DNA from: an uncultured bacterium
GTDB lineage: Bacteria; CAIJMQ01
Reading direction: 5' to 3'
Assembly: GCA_964573245.1 (NCBI GenBank)
Contig: CAZNJA010000024.1
Span: 1-18,492 of the forward strand
Length of the DNA stretch: 18,492 nucleotides
Under the pieces are notes generated by a model. It was given only the letters and a program-made list of their open reading frames with translations, did not search any database and was not told the DNA's origin. Of this stretch, positions 1 to 8,376 are shown piece after piece. Each line of letters begins with the position of its first letter. Within the stretch, counting starts at the first letter, position 1. Both the position numbers and the translations under genes were made by a program.

Positions 1-1
1 T

Positions 2-829
2 GATGATACGCCTGAAGCTGTCACTTTGTCGGGATTCGACCCTGTTCGAAGAGAAATCGCCAAACAATCCCTTGAAAAACTTATCGCTGACGGAAGAATA
101 CATCCCGCGAGGATTGAGGAAGTGGTAAGCAAGGTCAAGGAGAAGATAGAAGCATCCATCAGAGAAGAAGGCGAAAAAGCCTGTTTTGAATTGGGCATAC
201 ACGATTTGAAGCAGGAAGAAAAAATCCTTTTGGGTAGACTAAAATATAGAACAAGTTATGGGCAAAATGTGTTGCAGCACTCTATGGAAACAGCTTATCT
301 AATGGGAATAATGGCTGGAGAATTGAAATTAGACATAAAATTAGCCAAAAGGATAGGACTTTTGCATGACTTGGGCAAAGCAATTGACCACGAAGTTGAA
401 GGTTCGCATGACCAGATAGGCGCTCAATTAGCCGAAAAATTCAACGAGTCGGTTGATTTAATAGAGGCCGTTAGAAGTCATCACGGAGCCGGAACGTCTG
501 AGTTGAGCATCTATGCGGTCCTTTTACAGGCAGCGGATGCAATTTCTGCAGCAAGACCAGGGGCAAGACGGGAAAGTTTGGAAAATTACATCAAACGGCT
601 GGAAAAATTAGAAGGCATTGCCAACTCTTTCAACGGTGTTAAAAAATCATACGCCATTCAGGCAGGCAGAGAAGTGAGAGTAATGGTTGAACCGGAAGCA
701 ATCACTGATGACCAAACCGCAATTTTGGCGCATGATTTATCCCAAAAAATTCAAAAGGAAATAGAATATGCAGGTCAGATAAAAATTACCGTAATCAGAG
801 AAAAAAGAGCAGTAGATTACGCAAAGTAA
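2..829 (+). CDS. rny: Ribonuclease Y, 5'-truncated by the window edge
   Basis: The frame is open from position 2 ([18 protein letters not shown]), upstream of the ORF-track TTG at 26. It has the end of the KH region ([11 protein letters not shown]), the HD domain ([32 protein letters not shown]) and the typical C-terminus ([11 protein letters not shown]...IKITVIRE). Confidence 0.97.
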   Translation, partial: DDTPEAVTLSGFDPVRREIAKQSLEKLIADGRIHPARIEEVVSKVKEKIEASIREEGEKACFELGIHDLKQEEKILLGRLKYRTSYGQNVLQHSMETAYLMGIMAGELKLDIKLAKRIGLLHDLGKAIDHEVEGSHDQIGAQLAEKFNESVDLIEAVRSHHGAGTSELSIYAVLLQAADAISAARPGARRESLENYIKRLEKLEGIANSFNGVKKSYAIQAGREVRVMVEPEAITDDQTAILAHDLSQKIQKEIEYAGQIKITVIREKRAVDYAK

Positions 830-875
830 CAAAATAGTGCATACCTATCAAAGCGGGGAGAATACGTTATAGATA

Positions 876-1640
876 ATGGTAAAAATATTAGTCATAGGGG
901 ATATAATTGGCAAAGCAGGCAGAAATCTAGTCAAAAATTATCTTGCTTGCCACAGAAAAGAGTTTAATCTCTGCATAGCAAACGGAGAAAATACTGCCGG
1001 CGGGGTTGGGTTGACACCTCAAACAGCCGCGGAACTTTTTGAATCTGGTATTGATGCTATTACTTCAGGCAATCACATTTGGGATAAAAAAGAGATAATT
1101 CCCGATCTTGACAACAACAACATATTAAGACCTGCTAATTATCCTCCGGGAGTTCCCGGTCACGGTTCATGTGTTGCAAAAACAGATAACGGCATATCAG
1201 TAGGCGTAATAAATTTGTCCGGCAGAGTTTTTATGCCAATTGTGGATTGTCCTTTTCGCAAGGCACTTGAAGAGATAGAGCAAATAAAAGAAAAAACTCG
1301 TATAATAATCGTGGACTTCCATGCCGAAGCAACATCCGAAAAAATCGCGATGGGCAGATTTTTAGACGGCAAAGTATCTGCAGTTGTAGGAACTCATACT
1401 CATGTCCAGACCGCAGACGCTTGTATTCTGCCCAATAAAACCGCATATATCACGGATGTAGGAATGGCCGGACCAATTGATTCTATAATAGGCGTAGAAA
1501 CAGAAATTGCCTTAAAGAGGTTCCTTACGGGGATTCCCTACAGAATGAAACCCTCATTAGGGAAAAGTTTATTAAATGCAGTAATTATTACGGTTGACGA
1601 AGATGGAAAAGCAGAAGCAATCCAAAGCGTAAGAGAATAA
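876..1640 (+). CDS. ymdB: YmdB/TIGR00282-family metallophosphoesterase (2',3'-cyclic nucleotide phosphodiesterase)
   Basis: Motifs GDIIG, NGEN, TSGNH, DFHAEATSEK, GTHTHVQTAD, TDVGM. The rny-ymdB gene order is conserved. Confidence 0.95.
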   Translation: MVKILVIGDIIGKAGRNLVKNYLACHRKEFNLCIANGENTAGGVGLTPQTAAELFESGIDAITSGNHIWDKKEIIPDLDNNNILRPANYPPGVPGHGSCVAKTDNGISVGVINLSGRVFMPIVDCPFRKALEEIEQIKEKTRIIIVDFHAEATSEKIAMGRFLDGKVSAVVGTHTHVQTADACILPNKTAYITDVGMAGPIDSIIGVETEIALKRFLTGIPYRMKPSLGKSLLNAVIITVDEDGKAEAIQSVRE

Positions 1641-1686
1641 TTTTGATAGCCAAATAAAGAATCTGATTACCAAACCCTAATTTAAA

Positions 1687-2901
1687 ATGTTTGTCGCCGA
1701 TTTGCATATCCATTCCAAATATTCGCGAGCCACCAGCAAGGACATGGATGTGGAGAATTTGGCAAAGTGGGCGAAAATAAAAGGGATAGAACTATTAGGA
1801 ACAGGAGATTTTACTCATCCTGAATGGCTTAAAGAATTAAAAGAAAAACTTCATTTTGAAAAGGGGCTTTACGAATACAAAGGCATCCATTTTATATTGA
1901 CTTCTGAAGTCTGCAATATTTTCCCATATAAAGATAAAGTAAAAAAAATCCACAATATTCTCCTTGCTCCAAACTTCTCTGAAGCAGAAAATATAAATAA
2001 GGAACTCAAAAAATATGGCAATCTTTCTGGCGACGGGCGTCCAATTTTGCATTTGGATTGTCGTTCAATGGTTAAAATTATCAAAAAAACATCGCCTGAT
2101 TCTCAAATAATCCCTGCGCATATCTGGACTCCTCATTTCTCCCTTTTGGGGGCAAATTCTGGTTTCGATAAAATTGAGGAATGTTTTAAGGACACTACGC
2201 AGGAAATTCTTGCTTTGGAAACCGGGCTTTCTTCCGACCCGCCCATGAACAGAAGATTATCTTCCCTTGACATATTTAATCTCGTTTCTAATTCCGATGC
2301 GCACTCCCCTTCTAAAATCGGAAGAGAAGCAAATATTTTGGATTGTCCGCTGCGATACGAAGAAATAATAAAAACATTGAAAACCGGGGAAAACTTTCTT
2401 CTTACAATAGAATTTTTCCCTCAGGAGGGTAAATATCATTTTGACGGGCACAGGAATTGCGGAATAAGAATGTCTCCGGAAGAATCGATAAAGAAAAACA
2501 ATTTGTGTCCTCTATGCCTTAAGCCATTGACAATCGGTGTGATGCATCGGGTTTTGAAATTAGCAGACAGAAAATCCGAAGATATTCCTGATAAATTTGT
2601 TTTTCACAGACATCTGATCCCATTGGAAGAAATAATTGCCGATGCTTTTAAAGTATCGGTGCAAAGTAAACGAGTCCGCAAAGAATATTTGTCATTGGTT
2701 AATCGGTTTGAAAGCGAGTTGCACATTTTGCTTGATCTTTCACCTTCCGTAATAAGAGAGCATCTTAATCCGTCCATCGGCGAAAGAATCTTGGCGGTTA
2801 GAGATGGAAAGGTTTTGATAGAAGAAGGCTATGATGGTGTCTACGGAAAAATAAAAATCCAAGTAGAAGAAAAAACGGATAACCAACTTAACCTGTTTTA
2901 G
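1687..2901 (+). CDS. Endonuclease Q family protein (PHP domain, Zn finger, helical C-terminal domain)
   Basis: DLHIHSKYSRATS, GTGDF, PAHIWTP, ETGLSSD, NSDAHS, GREAN, GKYHFDGHRNC...CPLC, GVMHRV, EGYDGVYG match EndoQ/TIGR00375-type proteins. It ends in QLNLF. Confidence 0.88.
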   Translation: MFVADLHIHSKYSRATSKDMDVENLAKWAKIKGIELLGTGDFTHPEWLKELKEKLHFEKGLYEYKGIHFILTSEVCNIFPYKDKVKKIHNILLAPNFSEAENINKELKKYGNLSGDGRPILHLDCRSMVKIIKKTSPDSQIIPAHIWTPHFSLLGANSGFDKIEECFKDTTQEILALETGLSSDPPMNRRLSSLDIFNLVSNSDAHSPSKIGREANILDCPLRYEEIIKTLKTGENFLLTIEFFPQEGKYHFDGHRNCGIRMSPEESIKKNNLCPLCLKPLTIGVMHRVLKLADRKSEDIPDKFVFHRHLIPLEEIIADAFKVSVQSKRVRKEYLSLVNRFESELHILLDLSPSVIREHLNPSIGERILAVRDGKVLIEEGYDGVYGKIKIQVEEKTDNQLNLF

Positions 2902-2984
2902 TCTGAAGAATTAAGGGTTTGTCACCTGCCTGTGGCAATCTTGCATACGGACCATCCTGTTCATTTTCCCTATTTTTTTTGATT

Positions 2985-3013
2985 TTGCTTTGTTTTATAA
3001 AAAAAGATATAAT
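2985..3013 (+). promoter_or_regulatory. Sigma70-type promoter for mreB
   Basis: TTGCTT (2985-2990), 17-bp spacer, TATAAT (3008-3013). SD GGAGGT at 3115-3120 precedes ATG 3126. Confidence 0.65.
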
Positions 3014-3125
3014 CCTGAAAAATATTAGCAGGGATGGTTTTATATATCTGAAAAGTTACATTGAGATTAGATATAACCCAAGTCCATTAAAAGGGAAATA
3101 CAAAGGTTGTATCGGGAGGTAATTT

Positions 3126-4154
3126 ATGATATTTGATCGTATCTGGGGTTTTTCTTCCAATGACCTGGGTATAGATCTGGGCACCGCAACTACTTTGGTA
3201 TATGCTAAAGGTAAGGGTATAGTTTTGTTTGAGCCTTCGGTCATAGCTATTCATAAGGGGTCAAATTCTATACTTGCTGTAGGAAACGACGCAAAAGAAA
3301 TGCTTGGCAAAACCCCTGCCTCTATCGTCGCAACAAGACCTCTGAAAGACGGAGTAATCACCGATTTTGAAGCGACAGAAGCAATGTTGAGATATTTCAT
3401 GAACAAAGCCAACAGTAGAAGAAGACTTATTCGTCCGAGAGTAGTAATAGCAATTGCCTCCGGAATTACGGAAGCCGAAAAAAGAGCAGTTAAGGAGTCC
3501 GCAGTAGAAGCAGGGGCTCGTGAAGTGTATTTAGTAGAACAACCGATGGCTGCAGCTATCGGCGCAGGTCTGCCGGTCCAAAATCCAGGTGGGAATATGG
3601 TTGTTGATATTGGCGGCGGAACGAGTGAAGTCGCAGTAATTTCCCTGGCGGGAATCGTGGAATGCCAAATGATTAGAATTGCGGGTGATGAAATGAACGA
3701 GGCAATAATCCAACACATGAAAGATAAACACAATTTGATGATAGGAGAACGGACAGCGGAAGACGTCAAGATAAAAATCGGCTCTGCTTTCCCGCAAGAA
3801 GAGGAAACAAGCATGCAAGTGAAAGGAAGAGATTTAGTTGCAGGGCTTCCCAAAACTTTGACTATTTCTTCAGAGGAAATAAGAGAAGCATTGAAACCTC
3901 CTGTAGACGCAATTCTAAAAGTAATAAGGGAAACCCTGGAAAGAACTCCGCCCGAATTGGCCGCGGATTTAGTTGATAAAGGGATAGTTTTGGCAGGCGG
4001 TGGTTCCTGTCTTAAAGGATTGGACAAAACTATCGCGGAAAAAACCGGCTTGCCAGTGGCAATGGCTGAAGATCCTTTCACTGCAGTAGCAGTAGGCGCA
4101 GGCAAGTGCCTCGACGAAATAGCTTTTTTAAGAAGAATCGCAACTTTCGAATAA
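3126..4154 (+). CDS. mreB: Rod shape-determining protein MreB (actin-like ATPase)
   Basis: GIDLGTATT, EPSVIAI, RPLKDGVI, PMAAAIGAGLPV, VDIGGGTSEVAVISL, TPPELAAD, GIVLAGGG. Confidence 0.97.
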   Translation: MIFDRIWGFSSNDLGIDLGTATTLVYAKGKGIVLFEPSVIAIHKGSNSILAVGNDAKEMLGKTPASIVATRPLKDGVITDFEATEAMLRYFMNKANSRRRLIRPRVVIAIASGITEAEKRAVKESAVEAGAREVYLVEQPMAAAIGAGLPVQNPGGNMVVDIGGGTSEVAVISLAGIVECQMIRIAGDEMNEAIIQHMKDKHNLMIGERTAEDVKIKIGSAFPQEEETSMQVKGRDLVAGLPKTLTISSEEIREALKPPVDAILKVIRETLERTPPELAADLVDKGIVLAGGGSCLKGLDKTIAEKTGLPVAMAEDPFTAVAVGAGKCLDEIAFLRRIATFE

Positions 4155-4315
4155 ACCCCGTTAGAGATAGGTCGCCACATATACCCTCGGCTTCGCCGAG
4201 AGGCGAGCAATGGCGACCGTAACTTATCTGTAATGTCTCTATCTTCTCGTCAACTTTTACAATTTTAAGTGGGATTTGATCTTTTGTTTGTTTTTTTATC
4301 TCTAAACGGGGTAAA
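4152..4315. mobile_element. MITE-like palindromic element with terminal inverted repeats and an internal nested hairpin
   Basis: ACCCCGTTAGAGATA (4155-4169) pairs with TATCTCTAAACGGGGT (4297-4312) apart from one extra A. TAAA occurs at both ends (4152-4155, 4312-4315). Inside, GGTCGCCA (4170-4177)/TGGCGACC (4211-4218) encloses CTCGGC-ttc-GCCGAG (4186-4200). Confidence 0.65.
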
Positions 4316-4330
4316 TAATCAGTTGTTATT

Positions 4331-5008
4331 TCACTTGTTTTTCTGTTTTCTGCCTATCAAAAAAAACGGAATAAGAACTATACCAACCGCAAATCCCCCT
4401 ATGTGTGCCCACCACGCGACTCCTCTAGATACCGTTTCTTCCGTTAATATAGATGATGTCCCGGAGAAAAACTGGACGAGAAACCATAATCCCAAGAAAA
4501 GGAAAGCAGGAAGCTTTATAAAATACAGAAAGAAAAAAATAGGCACTGCGGTAAGAATGCGCGCAAAAGGATAAAGGACAAAGTAAGCTCCGAGTATGCC
4601 TGATATGGCTCCCGAAGCTCCTATAGTCGGGATAGTTGAAGTGGGATTCATGTAAATATGTGTTAATGTGCCTGCTATCCCGCATCCCAAATAAAAAATT
4701 ATAAAGCGAAAATGCCCAATTCTATCTTCTATGCTGGCTCCAAAAATCCACAAAAACCACATATTCCCCAGAAGATGCAGCCAGCCTCCGTGTAGAAAAA
4801 TAGAGGTAACCAAAGGACAGCCCCTTTGAAAAAGGTTAGCCTTACTGGAAAGAAAAACTGCGGGCATGGCACCATAATTCTTTACGAAAACCGCCAGGGA
4901 TTTTCCCAAAGATATCTCATAGAAGAAGAGAAGGATGTTAATGAGAATAAGCAACAAAACCATTAAAGGGAAACTGTTTCTTGCAACATCATTTTTTAAC
5001 GGTATCAT
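4331..5008 (-). CDS. Rhomboid-family intramembrane serine protease
   Basis: About 6 hydrophobic segments; FLHGGWLHLLGNMWFL, catalytic GASGAISG, and VAWWAHIGGF (catalytic His). The start overlaps the folP stop (ATGA). Confidence 0.93.
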   Translation of the reverse strand: MIPLKNDVARNSFPLMVLLLILINILLFFYEISLGKSLAVFVKNYGAMPAVFLSSKANLFQRGCPLVTSIFLHGGWLHLLGNMWFLWIFGASIEDRIGHFRFIIFYLGCGIAGTLTHIYMNPTSTIPTIGASGAISGILGAYFVLYPFARILTAVPIFFFLYFIKLPAFLFLGLWFLVQFFSGTSSILTEETVSRGVAWWAHIGGFAVGIVLIPFFLIGRKQKNK

Positions 5009-5856
5009 GGCAATGGGTTCTCTTTTTTAAGTATCGCGTCCGTCATTTTTACTACCTGCGACATTTCGGCTACATCGTGAACCCTTAAAATATCGGCTCC
5101 ATTGATAATTGCCGTTGCCACAGATGCAGCAGTGCCCAAAAGCCTTTCTTCCATTGGCAAATCAAGAACCTTCCCTATAAAAGATTTCCTTGAAACTCCA
5201 AGGACAATGGCTTTTCCCAAACTCTTAAATCTTTTCAGTTCCCTTATAATTTCGAGATTGTCCTCTAACCTTTTCCCAAAGCCAATTCCTGGGTCAATAA
5301 GGATATTTTTTCCCTCTATTCCGGCTGCAACAGAAAATCCAATTCTTTCTTCAAAGAATTGGATGATTTCTTCTATTACATCCTCATAATAAGGATTTTC
5401 CTGCATTGTGCGCGGTTCACCCTTCATATGCATTAAAACCACTGGAACATTGTATTCGGCGACAATTTCAGCCATTTTTTTATCGCCGCTTAAAGCGGTA
5501 ACATCATTTACAATGCTTACGCCCAAATCAAGCGCTTTTTGGGCTACTTTTGCGCGGTAAGTATCTATTGAAACGGGAATGTTGACTTTTTTAATTATTT
5601 TTCCGATTAAAGGAATGACTCTCTGAATTTCTTCTTCTTCGCTTGGAGGTTGCGAGCCGGGACGGGTGGAAACTCCTCCTATATCTATTATATCTGCCCC
5701 CTCTTCCTCTATTTGGAACGCTCTTTTCTCTGCTTCTGACAGACAAAAATATTTCCCGCCGTCATAAAACGAATCAGGTGTCAGGTTCAAAATACCCATT
5801 ATGCGAGTTTTTGAATCCAAATTGAGATTATACCTACCACACTTAAGATAAACCAT
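5005..5856 (-). CDS. folP: Dihydropteroate synthase
   Basis: IMGILNLTPDSFYDGG, DIGGVSTRPG, SIDT, NDV, LMHMKG, DPGIGFGK, SRKSFIG, RVHDV. It lies downstream of ftsH, as in many bacteria. Confidence 0.97.
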   Translation of the reverse strand: MVYLKCGRYNLNLDSKTRIMGILNLTPDSFYDGGKYFCLSEAEKRAFQIEEEGADIIDIGGVSTRPGSQPPSEEEEIQRVIPLIGKIIKKVNIPVSIDTYRAKVAQKALDLGVSIVNDVTALSGDKKMAEIVAEYNVPVVLMHMKGEPRTMQENPYYEDVIEEIIQFFEERIGFSVAAGIEGKNILIDPGIGFGKRLEDNLEIIRELKRFKSLGKAIVLGVSRKSFIGKVLDLPMEERLLGTAASVATAIINGADILRVHDVAEMSQVVKMTDAILKKENPLP

Positions 5857-5867
5857 TGGGAGATTAT

Positions 5868-7796
5868 CTATACGTTTTTAGGACGATTCGTTTCTTTGGT
5901 CTGTTGTTCTTTTTCGGATGTAGTGGAATTTTTAAAACTCGGGGAATTTTTCGGGGACTTACCCAATATTTTTTCAATTTCTTTGGCGTCCAAAACTTCC
6001 TTCTCAAGAAGAGCCTTAACCAACTCTTCTATTTTGGACTTATTAGTCTTGATTATTTCTTCGCCTCTTTTGTAACACTCGTTTATTATTCTGCGCATTT
6101 CTTCGTCTATTTCCGAAGCTACAGCCTCCGAGAAGTCTCTTTCTTTTATTATATCCCTTCCCAAAAATACTTGTTCGTCTTTCTTGCCTAAAGTCATCGG
6201 CCCTAACTTTTTGCTCATTCCGTATTCGGTCACCATTTTTTGAACTGCTTCAGTCGCAACTCTTAAATCATTACGCGCTCCCGTAGTGCTCTCATTGAAA
6301 AATAAATTCTCGGCTATCCTGCCGCCCAAAAGAACCGTAATTTTTTCAAGTATTTCCTCTTTTGTCATTATAAATCTATCTTCCAAAGGTAGTTGCATCG
6401 TGTACCCAAGAGCAGAGACACCGCGAGGAATAATAGAAATTTTATGAACCGGGTCTGTAAAAGGGAGAAAATGCGCAAGAACGGTATGCCCTGATTCGTG
6501 ATAAGCAATTAATTTTTTCTCGTATTCGGATATTACTCTGCTTTTCCTTTCGGGACCTGCCATGACTCTGTCAATCGCTTCTTCAAGTTCCATATCACTG
6601 ACCGCTTGTTTATTTCTTCTTGCAGCAAGCAGAGCCGCTTCATTTACTAAATTCGCCAAATCGGCCCCTGAAAATCCTGGTGTTTGCCGAGCAACTAATT
6701 TTAAATCTATTTCCTTGCCTAATTTAACATCTTTAACGTGAACTTTAAGAATTTCTTCTCTCCCTTTTATATCAGGGATATCAATTACAACGCTTCTATC
6801 AAATCTTCCGGGACGAAGAAGGGCTGGGTCTAAAACATCGGGTCTATTTGTAGCCGCAATCAAAATTACTCCGGCTTTTGTGTCAAATCCATCCATTTCG
6901 GAAAGCAATTGATTTAAGGTCTGTTCTCTTTCATCGTGCCCTCCGCCAAGCCCCGCAAACCTTTGTCTTCCCACAGCATCAATCTCGTCCACAAAAATAA
7001 TACACGGAGAACTCTTCTTGGCTTTCTCAAAGAGGTCCCGAACTCTTGCCGCACCCACCCCTACGAACATTTCAACAAAATCCGAACCCGAAATAGAGAA
7101 AAAAGGAACACTTGCTTCACCTGCTATGGCTTTTGCCAACAATGTTTTACCTGTCCCAGGAGGGCCTACAACAAGAACGCCTCTTGGTATCCTACCGCCC
7201 AATTTCTGGAACTTTTGGGGATTTTTTAAGAAATCGACTATTTCCTGTAATTCTTCTTTTGCTTCATCCACTCCAGCAACATCTTTAAACGTTATTTTTT
7301 GTTTATCGCTTCCAGCCATTTTCGCCCTGCTTTTGCCAAATGACAATGCTTTAGTTCCTGTGGTTCGCATTTGCCGAATAAAGAAAAACCATATTAATAA
7401 GATAAATAAAATAAACGGCAGAAACGAAAGTATTTGTTTTAAAGTCGTATCTTCCTGTTTTGCTTCATAATCAATGTTATGTTCTTCAAGAAGTGTGAAT
7501 AAAACAGGGTCTTCTGGAGCATACACTTCAAAAGATTTCCCGGAAGTTAAGACTCCCTTTATATCTCTGCCTTTGGTAATTCTTTCTATGACAACTGCGG
7601 AAGCTATATTCCCTTCTTTTACCTGTCGGATAAATTCCGAATATATGATTTGCATCGGTTCTTCCCTATTTATCTGAAATAGGCTAAGCAAATAAAGAAG
7701 TAACCCCAAAATTACAATTGCCAGTATAAAGGTTCCGGAAAAGTTTCCACGGCTCTTTTGAGCAAGCCTCTTTTTAAAATTTTCTTTTCTACCCAT
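5868..7796 (-). CDS. ftsH: ATP-dependent zinc metalloprotease FtsH
   Basis: Two N-terminal TM segments, Walker A GPPGTGKT, Walker [32 protein letters not shown], Zn motif HESGH. Confidence 0.98.
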   Translation of the reverse strand: MGRKENFKKRLAQKSRGNFSGTFILAIVILGLLLYLLSLFQINREEPMQIIYSEFIRQVKEGNIASAVVIERITKGRDIKGVLTSGKSFEVYAPEDPVLFTLLEEHNIDYEAKQEDTTLKQILSFLPFILFILLIWFFFIRQMRTTGTKALSFGKSRAKMAGSDKQKITFKDVAGVDEAKEELQEIVDFLKNPQKFQKLGGRIPRGVLVVGPPGTGKTLLAKAIAGEASVPFFSISGSDFVEMFVGVGAARVRDLFEKAKKSSPCIIFVDEIDAVGRQRFAGLGGGHDEREQTLNQLLSEMDGFDTKAGVILIAATNRPDVLDPALLRPGRFDRSVVIDIPDIKGREEILKVHVKDVKLGKEIDLKLVARQTPGFSGADLANLVNEAALLAARRNKQAVSDMELEEAIDRVMAGPERKSRVISEYEKKLIAYHESGHTVLAHFLPFTDPVHKISIIPRGVSALGYTMQLPLEDRFIMTKEEILEKITVLLGGRIAENLFFNESTTGARNDLRVATEAVQKMVTEYGMSKKLGPMTLGKKDEQVFLGRDIIKERDFSEAVASEIDEEMRRIINECYKRGEEIIKTNKSKIEELVKALLEKEVLDAKEIEKILGKSPKNSPSFKNSTTSEKEQQTKETNRPKNV

Positions 7797-7817
7797 TTAA
7801 AAACCCTATTTTGAAGC

Positions 7818-7846
7818 ATTATAACAAATGGGTATTTTATAGACAA
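7818..7846 (-). promoter_or_regulatory. Sigma70-type promoter for ftsH-folP-rhomboid
   Basis: The minus strand reads TTGTCT (7846-7841), 17-bp spacer ending TGT (extended -10 TGn), TATAAT (7823-7818). Confidence 0.7.
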
Positions 7847-7859
7847 CCGCTTTTTGTTT

Positions 7860-8034
7860 TGCCGTAGCGTGAAAAAACATTTAACGGGGTTTACTCTGAA
7901 CCCTGCCCACCCGCCTGCTAATAGGTTGCAGGCAGGCTTCGCAGCAGGTGGGAGAGAAATCTCGATTCAGGGTTTGCCCCGCCACTACAAATTGGCGAGG
8001 TCAATCTCGCCAAAGTTTCTTTGGCGGATTGACA
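7860..8034. repeat. Tandem and nested cluster of short GC-rich palindromic elements
   Basis: ...TAACGGGG|TTTA|CTCTGAA[..CCCA[CCCGCCTGC-9nt-GCAGGCAGG]CTTCGCAGCAGGTGGG..GAGAAATCTC]TTCAGGG|TTTG|CCCCGCCA-8nt-TGGCGAGG, then GTCAATC(T)CGCCAAAG-TTT-CTTTGGCGGATTGAC (8000-8033). Confidence 0.75.
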
Positions 8035-8057
8035 ATAAGGCAGCATCTTCTTACAAT
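8029..8057 (+). promoter_or_regulatory. Sigma70-type promoter for the 8073/dgt operon
   Basis: TTGACA (8029-8034), 17-bp spacer, TACAAT (8052-8057). The -35 box coincides with the right arm of the 8000-8033 palindrome. Confidence 0.72.
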
Positions 8058-8072
8058 AGAGCGGTTAAATCG

Positions 8073-8363
8073 ATGGATAAAATAAAGAAGGCTGTTTGGC
8101 TTTCGGTTTTGCTTACAGGCGCAGGACAATTGTATTTGGGAGAAAAGAAAAAAGGCTGGCGCTTTCTAATTTTTTCGATTTTGGGAATAGTTTTTAGCTG
8201 TATAGGGATAGTTCTTGTCGGCAATACACTTTTGGGGTTCTTATCCCCCTCCCGCCCCAACGTTTTTTTGCACATTGGTTTTTTGCTTTCGGCAATCGGG
8301 TTGACTTTAATCTTAGTGCTGGGTTATATAAGCATAAAAGATATAACATCAAGGAATAAGTAG
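8073..8363 (+). CDS. Small membrane protein (96 aa, about 3 TM) with an LSxxxxGxGQxYxG motif
   Basis: MDKIKKAVWLSVLLTGAGQLYLGEKKKG followed by hydrophobic segments. The start is reassigned from TTG 7854 to ATG 8073 because the upstream part is the palindrome cluster plus the promoter. Confidence 0.75.
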   Translation: MDKIKKAVWLSVLLTGAGQLYLGEKKKGWRFLIFSILGIVFSCIGIVLVGNTLLGFLSPSRPNVFLHIGFLLSAIGLTLILVLGYISIKDITSRNK

Positions 8364-8376
8364 CATAAAAGATAAT

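Noticed and set aside
26-28. TTG start for rny given by the ORF track
   Set aside because: The frame is open to the window edge and the protein lacks its N-terminal TM/coiled-coil region, so the true start is upstream of the window.
2919-3122. 67-aa ORF upstream of mreB and a weak hairpin at about 2918-2938
   Set aside because: The ORF has a TTG start, no SD and spans the mreB promoter. The hairpin (TTGTCAC/GTGGCAA) is short and has no adjacent U tract, too weak to call.
3251-4210. 319-aa antisense ORF over mreB
   Set aside because: It is a codon-register shadow of a highly conserved gene, has no recognisable motifs, and starts inside the palindromic element.
7860-8034. Possible CRISPR array or riboswitch
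   Set aside because: There are no identical repeats with regular spacers, no cas genes, and no riboswitch consensus I can recognise.
7854-8072. 73-aa N-terminal extension of the 169-aa ORF in the track
   Set aside because: It is a translation of the palindrome cluster and lies upstream of or across the TTGACA/TACAAT promoter. ATG 8073 is the more plausible start.
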